From contig NZ_AP028907.1 of the NCBI RefSeq assembly GCF_036323395.1, forward strand, positions 570,001-602,000: a stretch of 32,000 bases of DNA, written 5' to 3'. This document shows positions 1 through 9,195 of this stretch, piece by piece (within the stretch, counting starts at the first letter, position 1; the number at the start of each line of letters is the position of its first letter). This DNA comes from Pyrodictium abyssi (GTDB lineage: Archaea > Thermoproteota > Thermoprotei_A > Sulfolobales > Pyrodictiaceae). The notes under the pieces were generated by a model that saw nothing but the letters and a program-made list of their open reading frames with translations, searched no databases and was not told where the DNA came from. A program made the position numbers and the translations under genes.

Positions 1-76
1 TAAGGCGGATAGGCGTGGGCTACAAGGGCGCCCAGGGGAGTCCATAGCAAGGAGCCGATCGGAGGCGTCTCCCCCC

Positions 77-877
77 TTGGCGCGTATCGAGCGCGTAGCC
101 TCAGTCACCGTAGCAGTGGTGCAGCACGGCCCGGTACCGCTCTCCACGCTGCCCATGCTCCTCGGCAAGCTAGAGGAGGTCTACACCCGCGCCAGGGAGG
201 AAGAGCGGCCCGACTACGTGGAGCTCCACCTCTACCAGAGCCCCCTCCAGCTCGCCGAGGCGCTGGAGGGCGAGGCGCTGCGGGTCGGCGCGGGGGTGTC
301 TGCGCTCTATCCTACCGCCTACGAGGCGTGGACGGGTATACCCAGGATACACGTGGTGCCGGGCGAGCTAGCCGGGCTCGAGTACGGGGCCGCGCTCCTA
401 GCCCACGAGGCTGTGCATAGCGTGCTCCACCCCGGGCCCGGCTACTACGTGGTGGCTTTGCCCCGCCGCCTACCCGCGGCCCAGGGCCTCCTCGTAGCCC
501 ACGTCGCCGCGACTGTGGTGAAGGACCTGGAGGTACACCTCTGGATGGCCGAGCGGCGGCTAGACGAGGACCTGGAGGCCATCCGGCACTACTGGCTCTA
601 CAGCCAGCTCGTGGAGCCCCGCTGCGCCCTCCTCCAGGAGGCCGGGGACACGCTACGCGCAGCGACGGCCTGGATAGCGGCTGGCGCTGAGCCCCCGCTG
701 AGCGGGGAGTGCCGCGAGGCCCTAGCCGAGCCCCTGGAGCTGCTACGCGGGCTGGCAGAAGGGTGGCGCGCCAGGGCCCGGCCATGGAGCCGGGTAGGCG
801 AGGTAGTGGAATCCCTAGCGAGGCTCGTGGAGAGCGGCATCGTCCATACGCCGCAGGACTACACCGGGGAGGCCTGA
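77..877 (+). CDS. Hypothetical protein with HExxH-like motif (HEAVH), possible zinc metallopeptidase-like
   Basis: 266 aa ORF; motif LLAHEAVHSVLHPGPGYY in the middle of the protein; no full family assignment possible by eye. Confidence 0.6.
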   Translation: MARIERVASVTVAVVQHGPVPLSTLPMLLGKLEEVYTRAREEERPDYVELHLYQSPLQLAEALEGEALRVGAGVSALYPTAYEAWTGIPRIHVVPGELAGLEYGAALLAHEAVHSVLHPGPGYYVVALPRRLPAAQGLLVAHVAATVVKDLEVHLWMAERRLDEDLEAIRHYWLYSQLVEPRCALLQEAGDTLRAATAWIAAGAEPPLSGECREALAEPLELLRGLAEGWRARARPWSRVGEVVESLARLVESGIVHTPQDYTGEA

Positions 878-1020
878 AGGCAGCCACAGCGCCCTTGGCT
901 CCCCCTTATAAGCCTTGCTCACATGCTGTGTACTCTCCCAGTGAGCTAGGGGTATACCCTCCACACGCACTAGAAGAGAAACACGAAACAGCACAGAGAG
1001 AAGGAGAGGTGAGACAAGAC

Positions 1021-1632
1021 ATGACCAAGCCCGGTCTAGCCCTACTAGGCGTAGCCCTCGCAGCCCTCACGGGCGCAGCCATAGCGGGCGCATGGGCCCC
1101 ATGGTGGATAAGCCAGGCAAACGCCACGCCAGTAGCAGCGCCGTTCGAGCCAATGGCGGGAGCAGGATGCCCTGCCTGCCCGATGGCTGCCGGCCAGCAG
1201 TCGATGGCGGCCCCTGCAGCAGGTATGCCAGTAGCCGGCAAGCCCGGGGCAGTAGGCCCAGCAGCTGGCTGGCACGGCCACCACGGCGCAGCCAGGGGCG
1301 CCTGGGCCACAGCAACAGCGACCACAGTGACGGGCACAGTAACCAAGGTCTACCAGCCCCGTATGCTAGTGGTAGACACTGGTAGCGGCACAGCCATGGT
1401 AGTGCTGCCGTGCATGATGATAAGCCCCAGCGGCGGCCTAGTGACCGCCGACACGCTGCTAGCCAAGATACAGCCGGGCACAACCGTGACCATAGAGGGC
1501 TACGCCAAGGTGCAGCCACTCACCGGCTACACGATAGTCCACGCGACAGCGATAACGGTGGACGGCGAGACCTACACCTGGGCCAGCGGCTACATGGCCC
1601 AGCAGATAGCGGCCACAGCAGCTAGCAGCTAA
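1021..1632 (+). CDS. Putative exported small protein with N-terminal hydrophobic segment, CPAC/Met/His-rich linker and beta-rich C-terminal domain
   Basis: In-frame ATG at 1021 (MTKPGLALLGVALAALTGAAIAGAWAPWW...) inside the longer ORF 709..1632, whose upstream part overlaps the 77..877 gene and looks non-coding; segment GAGCPACPMAAGQQSM...HGHHG followed by TGTVTKVYQPRMLVVDTG... Confidence 0.65.
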   Translation: MTKPGLALLGVALAALTGAAIAGAWAPWWISQANATPVAAPFEPMAGAGCPACPMAAGQQSMAAPAAGMPVAGKPGAVGPAAGWHGHHGAARGAWATATATTVTGTVTKVYQPRMLVVDTGSGTAMVVLPCMMISPSGGLVTADTLLAKIQPGTTVTIEGYAKVQPLTGYTIVHATAITVDGETYTWASGYMAQQIAATAASS

Positions 1633-1976
1633 CCCGAGGATAGGGGGACCAGGGGAAACACTCTACGCCTATGCCTTTTTGCGTCCATGGAGTCTGTCTG
1701 CGTACCCTCTCCTAGCTCGGCCGGGGCTTGTCTCCTTAGAGGCCCTCTCGGAGAAAATCCTTGCCCAGGGCTTCTAGCCGTCTAGCCGGCTCAACCTCAA
1801 CGGGGCTTACGCTGATTCACCGTAATGGCGCTATGGAGTTCTATCCAGGTTCTAGCCCATCCCTAACGCAACAGCATCTCTTGTTGAAAGATTTTCTTAT
1901 CTATTATATTGTGTCCTTATAAAATGTTATATTACTCTGTAATTCAGTTATTCTGAGATTTTCTTTCAATTAAAGT

Positions 1977-1992
1977 GCTAGATATAAATAGA
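1977..1992 (+). promoter_or_regulatory. Candidate archaeal TATA-box promoter for the molybdoenzyme operon
   Basis: gctagatataaatagac in an AT-rich intergenic region, about 75 nt upstream of the GTG start at 2064. Confidence 0.45.
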
Positions 1993-2063
1993 CTATTGTT
2001 GGTCAGTAATTAATATCCATGGAGTCTAGTGCGTGGAAATGGCGACGAGGAGGTGCTTGATAC

Positions 2064-3212
2064 GTGAACATCAAACTAAACCTAGTGGTAGCCATAGCCA
2101 TGATTGTGGTTGGCGCTATTCTGCTCATACCTGCCCTGGACCGCTACTGCCCTAGCTGCGTCGCCGAGCGCAGCATATACCCGTTCACAGCTATGATGAC
2201 CGCCTACATCACCTACGCGGGATTCGCTGCAGGTCTCGTGCTAGTCGCCTCGCTCTGCAAGCTCATGGGCTGGCTCGACGACAAGTGGGCGAGCCACACA
2301 CTCTGGGCAGCGCTCGGCCTACTAGTAGCAGCGTGGATAACAGTGCTCCTCGACCTCGGCCGCCCCGACCACGCAGTCTGGCTTCTGCTAAACTGGCAGC
2401 CCGGCAGCAGAGTGGCATGGATGCCAGTCTTCTACACCGTGCTAACATTGCTACTGCTAGTACTCCTCCTCGGCCACATAAGAGGAGGCAACACCCGCTC
2501 TAACATGGTGCTACTAGCCGCTGCTGTCGTCGCTGCTGCGCTGCTAGAGCTTAACCTGGGCAGTGTCTTCGGCTTCGCTGTAGGCGTCCCAGCCTGGCAT
2601 GGGCTTTATCCTGCATTCTCGTTCCTTGTAGCCGGTGTTGCTGGTGGTGCAGCGGCTGCAGCCCTCCTAGCTCCTCTGGGTGCAAGGCTCCACGGTTCTG
2701 GCGGTACACCGCCGGTACGCCCTCTTGCCGGCCTAGCTGTTGGCGCCGCGCTGCTCTACCTGGTGATGGAGTACTGGAGGCTACTACAGGCCGGCTATGA
2801 CCCGGGTCTACGCGCCTTCTTCAAGGCTGCTGGCACGAGCCTCTGGCTGGAGCTAGGCCTCGTAGCGGCTGCGGTTGCCCTACTGTCGTTCGCCTATGTA
2901 AAGCGGAGCTATCATGGTCTAGCCGTAGCCTCTGTGATCCTCCTGGCCGGCCTAGTGGCCGCAAAGCATAGCTTCATTATACACGGCCAGGAGGCTAGGC
3001 TAGAGCCCTCACTGGTAGCCCCCGTGAACCCGTACGAGGCCCTCTACGGGGATACAGCATACCACGTATCTGGCACCGATGCAGCCGCTATCGCCGCGGC
3101 TATTCTCCTAGGGCTAGGCGTCTTCGCCCTAGGCGAGCTCCTCCTAGCGCTCGAGCCGGGCGAGAAGCCCGCAAGGCTACTCCTCTTCCGCAGCATCAGT
3201 GGTAAAAGCTAG
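2064..3212 (+). CDS. NrfD/PsrC-like integral membrane subunit of a CISM molybdoenzyme
   Basis: 382 aa, multiple hydrophobic helices; first gene of a tight operon with a MopB catalytic subunit and a 4x[4Fe-4S] subunit. Confidence 0.8.
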   Translation: MNIKLNLVVAIAMIVVGAILLIPALDRYCPSCVAERSIYPFTAMMTAYITYAGFAAGLVLVASLCKLMGWLDDKWASHTLWAALGLLVAAWITVLLDLGRPDHAVWLLLNWQPGSRVAWMPVFYTVLTLLLLVLLLGHIRGGNTRSNMVLLAAAVVAAALLELNLGSVFGFAVGVPAWHGLYPAFSFLVAGVAGGAAAAALLAPLGARLHGSGGTPPVRPLAGLAVGAALLYLVMEYWRLLQAGYDPGLRAFFKAAGTSLWLELGLVAAAVALLSFAYVKRSYHGLAVASVILLAGLVAAKHSFIIHGQEARLEPSLVAPVNPYEALYGDTAYHVSGTDAAAIAAAILLGLGVFALGELLLALEPGEKPARLLLFRSISGKS

Positions 3213-3230
3213 GCATAGGAGGTGGTACAC

Positions 3231-5852
3231 ATGGTCGATGTATCTAGGCGTGAATTCCTCAAGGCAGTAGGCGCTGCGGGCGTAGCCGCAGCCATAGGCA
3301 GCTCCGCTGGGCTGAGCGTGGACAGGAGCAGGGCTGGGAGCCTCCAGCTAGCAGCTGAGCCCGTAGACGGGGAGCTAGTCCCCAACGTCTGCAGGATGTG
3401 TACAGCTGGCTGCAGTATACTGGTGCGCGTGAGAGACGGGAAGCCCGAGAGGATAATGGGCAACCCGCGCGCCGAGATACTCAACGCTTCTGCTGTCTGC
3501 GCCCGCGGGAACATGGGTATAATGCGTGTGCTTAACCCGGATCGGCCGCGGAAGCCGCTGGTCAGGACGAGCGGCACCCGGGGCTCCTGGGGCTTCCAGG
3601 AAGCCGGCTGGGGCGAGGCAATAGCTAGGGCTGCTGAGGCGCTGAGGAGGATACGCGAGGAGGGCAGGCCCGACAAGCTCATAATAATCCTGGGCGAGGT
3701 CGGCTGCGCCACCTACCACCCGCACGCGGTAGCATTTGCTAAGACGTTTAAGACCCCGAACGTGATCAGCATACCGCTATCGACGTGTATAATGCCCAAA
3801 GGGGTAGCGTGGGGCGTCACAGGCCTGGCTGGCAAGCATACCGAGGTGGTGCCGGACTACGCTAGGACCAGGTACTTTCTATCATTCGGCCGCAACCTAG
3901 GCGGAGCCGTAGCCGTGGGGCAGACGAGGAAGGCTGGCCGCAGCGTTAGGCGCTACAAGCTGGTGGTCCTCGACCCGAGGCTCAGCGAGTGGGCGGCGAA
4001 GGCCGATGAGTGGATCCAGATAAGGCCCGGCACGGATCTCGCGTTCCTCCTAGCTATGATAAACGTGGTGATAGAGGAGCGGCTCTACGACGGGGACTAC
4101 CTGGCCCGCTACACCAACGCACCCATGGTGATAAGCGGCGACGGCTACGCGCCCGCGAAGACAAGGAAGATAAAGAAGAGCATCGCCGGCAAGGAGGTCG
4201 AGCTCGTAGACTTCCTGGTCTACGACATGGCTTCGAAGAGCTTCCGCTGGGCGAGCGAGGCCAAGGCCCCGGCCCTAGAGCTGCCCGAGGAGGCCAGGGA
4301 GCTAGAGGGCAGGAAGGTACGCACAGTGTTCGAGGCGCTGGCGGAGCACGTGAAGGAGTACACACCGGAGTGGGCTGCGGAGATAACCGGGGTCCCGGCG
4401 GAGACCATCCGGAGGATAGCCAGAGAGTTCGCGGCCACCAAGCCGGCCGCGGTCGAGACCGGGTGGAATACCAACAAGTACTGGAACGGGTTCCAGCTCT
4501 ACCGCGCTGCTGCCGTGCTCGCAGCGCTAACCGGGAACCTGCTCGTACCCGGCGGCGTGGTGCTCTCAACGGCCGGTATAAAGAGCGTGCTGGGCAGAGC
4601 CAAGCCGCCGATAGCGCCGGACGTCTCCATCGTGAAGAAGGCCGAGGTCTCTACGGAGATAGTGCTGAGCGATGGGACCCGGGTGAAGGGCCCGCTACTG
4701 CCGCTCGGCCACGGCTACCTGGGCCTAGCAGAGGCGCTGAAGAAGGAGAAGGGCTGGGTGATACTGGTAGTCGGCGCGAACCCGGCGAAGACGTTCATGG
4801 GAGGCGTGTTCAAGGAGATAGCCAGGCTGCCCACGGTAGAGGCTGTCATAGACATAGGCTACAGCGTGGACGATACGGTGCTCTACAGCGACGTGTTCAT
4901 ACCCGAGTGCGCCTACACCGAGAGGAGCTACAATATACACGGCTTCCCGTTCACCACGGCTAAGGCGCTCCGCGCCGCGTTCAAGGCGCACGACCCGCCG
5001 CCAGGCGTAGAGTGCAAGGGCATGCTCGAGATACTCCTCGACCTCCTAGCCGCTGTCGACGAGAAGCTAGTGGAGAAGTACGCCGAGGTGCTCGCGGAGG
5101 AGCTAGGAGTGCCCAAGTGCGCCGGCGCGTTCGCCGAGGCCGCCCGCCGCTACCTGGCGAGCCGTAGGCACGACTCCTTCACGGCAGCGGTGCTGGAGGC
5201 CCAGGCCCGGTGCATGGGCGTAGACCTGGAGAAGCTGAAGAGAGAAGGAGTGATACTGATTAAGCCGGAGGAGTGGGGCCTCGAGATGAACCGCAGGATA
5301 CTCGAGAACGGGTGGCTCAACACCCCCACCGGCAAGGTAGAGATACTGCCGCTCAAGATACTGGGCCTCATGAAGAAGCGCAAGTTCCCCCTGAAGCCCG
5401 AATGGCACCCACTACCCACATGGGTGCCGCCACGCTGGCTCAGCAAGCAGCTCGCCGACGACGAGTTCACAGTGGTGACGGGCAAGGTGCCGACGATGAG
5501 CTACACCTCTACCTACAACAACCCGCTGCTAGCAACTAAGCTGACGCCGCCGGAGCACAAGAGGATATGGATACACCCGTCCAGGGCCGCGGGGCTCGGT
5601 ATACGCGACGGCGACATCGTTGAGGTCTGCGGCGAAAGCGGCAAGTGCTTCAAAGCCAGGGTATGGGTCACAGAGGCTGTCCACCCGGACGCCGTCTACA
5701 TCCCGCCGCACTATGGGCCAGAGCCGGGCCTAGAGCCGAGGTTCTACGAGGCCGAGGTGCCGCCACTCGCGGAGCTGACCAGGGACATAGTAGAGCCCGT
5801 CACCGGCGCCCACCTCATGTCCGATTTCCGCGTAAAGATTAGGAAGGCGTAA
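3231..5852 (+). CDS. Molybdopterin (bis-MGD) oxidoreductase catalytic subunit, sulfur/polysulfide/thiosulfate-reductase-like
   Basis: Twin-arginine motif SRREFLKAVGAAGVAAAIG; [4Fe-4S] motif CRMCTAGCSI...CARG; typical MopB C-terminal dinucleotide-binding region. ATG 3231 is preferred over GTG 3222 because aggaggt lies just upstream. Confidence 0.88.
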   Translation: MVDVSRREFLKAVGAAGVAAAIGSSAGLSVDRSRAGSLQLAAEPVDGELVPNVCRMCTAGCSILVRVRDGKPERIMGNPRAEILNASAVCARGNMGIMRVLNPDRPRKPLVRTSGTRGSWGFQEAGWGEAIARAAEALRRIREEGRPDKLIIILGEVGCATYHPHAVAFAKTFKTPNVISIPLSTCIMPKGVAWGVTGLAGKHTEVVPDYARTRYFLSFGRNLGGAVAVGQTRKAGRSVRRYKLVVLDPRLSEWAAKADEWIQIRPGTDLAFLLAMINVVIEERLYDGDYLARYTNAPMVISGDGYAPAKTRKIKKSIAGKEVELVDFLVYDMASKSFRWASEAKAPALELPEEARELEGRKVRTVFEALAEHVKEYTPEWAAEITGVPAETIRRIAREFAATKPAAVETGWNTNKYWNGFQLYRAAAVLAALTGNLLVPGGVVLSTAGIKSVLGRAKPPIAPDVSIVKKAEVSTEIVLSDGTRVKGPLLPLGHGYLGLAEALKKEKGWVILVVGANPAKTFMGGVFKEIARLPTVEAVIDIGYSVDDTVLYSDVFIPECAYTERSYNIHGFPFTTAKALRAAFKAHDPPPGVECKGMLEILLDLLAAVDEKLVEKYAEVLAEELGVPKCAGAFAEAARRYLASRRHDSFTAAVLEAQARCMGVDLEKLKREGVILIKPEEWGLEMNRRILENGWLNTPTGKVEILPLKILGLMKKRKFPLKPEWHPLPTWVPPRWLSKQLADDEFTVVTGKVPTMSYTSTYNNPLLATKLTPPEHKRIWIHPSRAAGLGIRDGDIVEVCGESGKCFKARVWVTEAVHPDAVYIPPHYGPEPGLEPRFYEAEVPPLAELTRDIVEPVTGAHLMSDFRVKIRKA

Positions 5853-5876
5853 CACGCTATGCGGGGTGGCTAGCCT

Positions 5877-6518
5877 ATGACCCGGTACGCGATGGTAATA
5901 GACCTGGGGAAGTGCGTCGGCTGCTCAGCATGCGTGGCTGCATGCATAGCTGAGAACCTCAACAGCCCCACGTACTACCAGCCGCCGCCGCTGGCGAAGC
6001 TGCTAGGCCTGGTGGAGGAGGCCCGGCGGGAGGAGGCTAGGACGCTGATACACGAGCTGCTCTGGACGCGCACAAGCGTGCACCGCGTCTACGGCGGCGG
6101 CAGCATGACGGTGTACCACCTCATCTGCCAGCACTGCGACAACGCGCCATGCGTCACAGTATGCCCCACGGGGGCCAGCTTCCAGCGCCGCGACGGGATA
6201 GTGCTGGTGAACCCCGGCAAGTGCATACTCTGCGGCTACTGTATAGCAGCCTGCCCCTACGGCGCGCGCCACGTGAACCCCTTCACCCGGACCGTCGACA
6301 AGTGTACGTTCTGCGTACACAGGCTAGAGCAGGGCAAACAGCCGGCATGCGTAGAGACCTGCCCTACCGGGGCCAGGATACTAGGCGACCTAGAGGACCC
6401 CCGAGACCCCGTAGCGAGGCTCGTAGCGAGCGGCCAAGCCCGGCCAGGCTCCCCTGGAGCAGTCCTAGGCCCCACAGTGCCCCGGGTCTACACCGTGCCG
6501 CCCCAGAAGAAGAGCTAG
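5877..6518 (+). CDS. Four-cluster [4Fe-4S] ferredoxin-type electron transfer subunit (PsrB/NrfC/DmsB-like)
   Basis: Motifs CVGCSACVAAC, CDNAPCVTVCPTGA, CILCGYCIAACPYGA, CTFCVHR...CVETCPTGAR. Confidence 0.9.
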   Translation: MTRYAMVIDLGKCVGCSACVAACIAENLNSPTYYQPPPLAKLLGLVEEARREEARTLIHELLWTRTSVHRVYGGGSMTVYHLICQHCDNAPCVTVCPTGASFQRRDGIVLVNPGKCILCGYCIAACPYGARHVNPFTRTVDKCTFCVHRLEQGKQPACVETCPTGARILGDLEDPRDPVARLVASGQARPGSPGAVLGPTVPRVYTVPPQKKS

Positions 6519-6616
6519 AGGCCACGCTAGATACGCCCTGGGCCAGCGGTACACGGTTTTTATACTACAAGCCACGGCTCTCCTTATAGATCCTGGTATT
6601 CCGCGCCCCGAGCCCT

Positions 6617-7560
6617 ATGTGCAGTGTCTCTGTCTCACCGGCTTCCTGTATACCGGAGAGTGTCCACGTCATGGGCGGCGTGGGCGAGACGTTGGAGAGG
6701 TTCTACAGCAGATGGGGCTGGCCAGAGAACCCCTCTGGCAGTGAGGCCTGCGAGCGCTTCAACGCGCTGCTAGACTACGCCCAGGCCCATGGCGTCTGTG
6801 AGGCTAGCAGGCCTCGTGGAGCGGGGCAGCGTAGCTGTGCTCGACGTCACTGCTGGCAGCGGTATCGCGGGCGCAGCCTTCGCAGCCGCCCTAGCGCGGC
6901 TAGGCGCCAGGGTGAGGCTCACAGCCACGGACCTGCGCAGAGACGTGCTCGAGAAGGTTCATGGGTGGCTACGTCTAGCGGGCGTAGAGGACCGCGTCGA
7001 AGCCGAGACGGTGGTAGCTGATGCTGCCCGGCTCCCCGAGAAGCTGGGCTGCTGCTTCGACCTGGCAGTCATCTGGGGGAGCTCGCTCCCGCACTTCTCG
7101 CCCTGGCGGCTCCTGCTAGCACTGGCGAGCCTGAGGGAGCTACAGCCGCGCCACGGCGTGCTGCTTGTCGAACAGCGCGACCTCCTGCCAAGGCTGCTCT
7201 TCAACAACCTCTACGCGAGGATCAATGTCGAGTATGCAAAGGAGGACGGCCGTGGTGTAGTGGGAGTGCACGCAGGGTATGATCCAGCTTAGGGGTGTTG
7301 TCAGGAGTGTCTTCTACGAGCTGCCCGGCTACAGGTACTTCGCAACAATGCCTATGAGGGTCTGGGACCTGGCGTCGGTGGCTGCTATGCTTTGGGTCTT
7401 CTACCGCCGCGTCGAGCTAGTGGAGCCGAGCCGGGACCCCCTGGGGGCGGAGGTGCTCGTAGCCAGTGAGCCCCGCGGGGACGCGCCGAGCAGCAGGGAG
7501 CTCTGGGAGACACTGCCAGAACAGCTCCAGGGGGCCATAGGCAACAGTGGCTCCGAGAAG
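6617..7560 (+). CDS. SAM-dependent methyltransferase-like protein split over three frames (6617.., 6789..7292, 7279..)
   Basis: VLDVTAGSGIAGAAF SAM-binding motif in 6789..7292; preceding frame carries RFYSRWGWPENPSGSEACERFNALLDYAQA up to the junction; following frame carries RGVVRSVFYELPGYRYFATMPMRVWDL. Confidence 0.6.
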
Positions 7561-7566
7561 AGGGGT

Positions 7567-8466
7567 CTAGTCTACCTGCTCGCCCCGTATCTCTACGCCG
7601 AGCTGCTCGGCCAGCTCCCGGGCCCGTCTACGGTAGCCGGGAGCGACTAGGAGTAGCCTCGGCCTGACCCCGGTCTCCTTCTCGTAGAGCCTGCCTATCC
7701 TGTAGAGCTCCGCCACGTCGGCGCGGTCTGCTAGGGACTTGTACTCGACCAGGACGTGCACGTCGTCCTTCACCAGCACGTCTACCTCTACCACCGAGGG
7801 GTGGCCGAACACTAGGCCCTCCCGGTCATAGGCGGTCCAGCGCACTGCCCGGTACCCCCGGAGCAGGTCCTCTACGAGGTACTTCACGGCCCCGCGGAAG
7901 GCCTCCTCCGTCGCCGCGCCGTAGCGGTGGCCTAGAGCCATTATCTTCGCCGTGAGCTCCTGTACCGCGCGGGACAGCTGCTCGAGACGCTCCTCGACAC
8001 GGAGCACCCTCTCCTCGAGCCTTTGCTGCCTCTCCTCCAGCCGCTGCTGTGCCTTCCGTAGCTCCAGGAACTCCTCCTCTAGCCTTGCGAACCGCTCCTC
8101 CAGTCTCGCAAAGCGCTCCTCCAGCTCCGCGAACCTCTCCTCTAGCTTGACGAACCTCTCTTCTAGCAGCTGCTGGCGCTCCTCTAGCTTCGCTATGCGC
8201 TCTTCTAGCCTAAGCATCCTCTCCTCTAGCTCTGCGAACCTTTCCTCGAGGCGGGCGAAGCGCTCCTCAAGCCTGGCAAACCGTTCCTCTAGCCTCTGCT
8301 GTCTCTCCTCCAGCACTTGTTGCCGCTCTTCTAGCCTTGCGAACCGCTCTAGCAGCTCCCGGTAACCCAGCAGCCCCATCACAGCGTGGCGGAACTCCCG
8401 GTCCTCCTCGAGGAGGTCTAGCAGCGCCTCCTTGAGAGCCCTCCGGTCCCCCGCTACACCCGCCAC
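7567..8466 (-). CDS. DUF3782-like protein: long heptad coiled coil plus C-terminal PD-(D/E)XK-like nuclease domain
   Basis: Repeated RLEERFARLEERF heptads followed by VVEVDVLVKDDVHVLVEYKSLAD. Confidence 0.8.
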   Translation of the reverse strand: MAGVAGDRRALKEALLDLLEEDREFRHAVMGLLGYRELLERFARLEERQQVLEERQQRLEERFARLEERFARLEERFAELEERMLRLEERIAKLEERQQLLEERFVKLEERFAELEERFARLEERFARLEEEFLELRKAQQRLEERQQRLEERVLRVEERLEQLSRAVQELTAKIMALGHRYGAATEEAFRGAVKYLVEDLLRGYRAVRWTAYDREGLVFGHPSVVEVDVLVKDDVHVLVEYKSLADRADVAELYRIGRLYEKETGVRPRLLLVAPGYRRRARELAEQLGVEIRGEQVD

Positions 8467-8545
8467 GCCGCAGCACCCCGCAGCACTGGCGCCCTGCTCC
8501 CGCAGGCCCCGTGCCTACCCGGGCTGTGGCTCGGGCCCGGCACTA

Positions 8546-9071
8546 CTAGATGGCCCTGGGTGTGCTTATGCTGGTTTCCCCCAGGGGCTTCCCGGCCTCC
8601 CTGGCTAGGCTCTCTATGAGCTGTACTACCCTGCTCCGCCGCGTTGGTCGCTGGGCACGCGTTGACGCAGGCGCGGCGCCCCGTGCACTTCTCGGGGTCA
8701 GTGACGGCTGGGCCCTGGACAGCGTCCTCAGGGCAGCTGCTGGCGCAGAGCATGCACTGCTCCCCGGCGCAGGCCGAGGCCATGAGGAGTATTGATGCCG
8801 CGAGCCTGGCGAGCCGCCGCCTAGGCCTGAGCGGCACCCCGGCTGGTGCCCCTACGCGGCCGCTGCGGGTGACCCGGGCCCAGGCCCCGCCGTCCCGGAG
8901 CGTCGCGGCCTCCTCGTCGACGCTGTGGGCTAGGCCGGCGGCCTTGGCTAGGCCCGGTATCCTGTCCCAGTCCGGGCTGCCGGGGAGGCCTGGGGAGGCG
9001 ACTAGCAGCTCCCCCTCGCGGCTGTACTCCCGCGCGGCAGCGGCGCCCCATGTGTTGAGCCTCTCCAGCAC
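8546..9071 (-). CDS. Ferredoxin-like iron-sulfur protein, apparent frame break near 8640
   Basis: EQCMLCASSCPEDAVQGPAVTDPEKCTGRRACVNACP; after the break another frame continues RPTRRSRVVQLIESLAREAGKPLGETSISTPRAI*. Confidence 0.6.
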
Positions 9072-9195
9072 CCCGTCCGGGTCTAGGCCAGCCTGGCTGG
9101 CTAGCCCCAGCGCATGGATAAGGCTGCCAGTATGGCCCCCGGCTCCTCTAAAGCCCGGAGGCCGCTACATGGCCGCCCCCGGGGCCTCCGCTGTT

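Noticed and set aside
4010-4963. 317 aa plus-strand ORF
   Set aside because: Lies entirely inside the molybdopterin oxidoreductase in another frame; Arg/Gly-rich shadow ORF typical of high-GC coding DNA.
7952-8365. 137 aa Ser/Arg-rich ORF opposite the coiled-coil gene
   Set aside because: Antisense translation of the heptad repeat (SSSLANRSSSL...), no independent coding signal.
7975-8370. Tandem-like DNA repeat that could be mistaken for a CRISPR or satellite array
   Set aside because: Repeat unit is 21 nt coding heptads with no spacers; explained by the coiled-coil protein.
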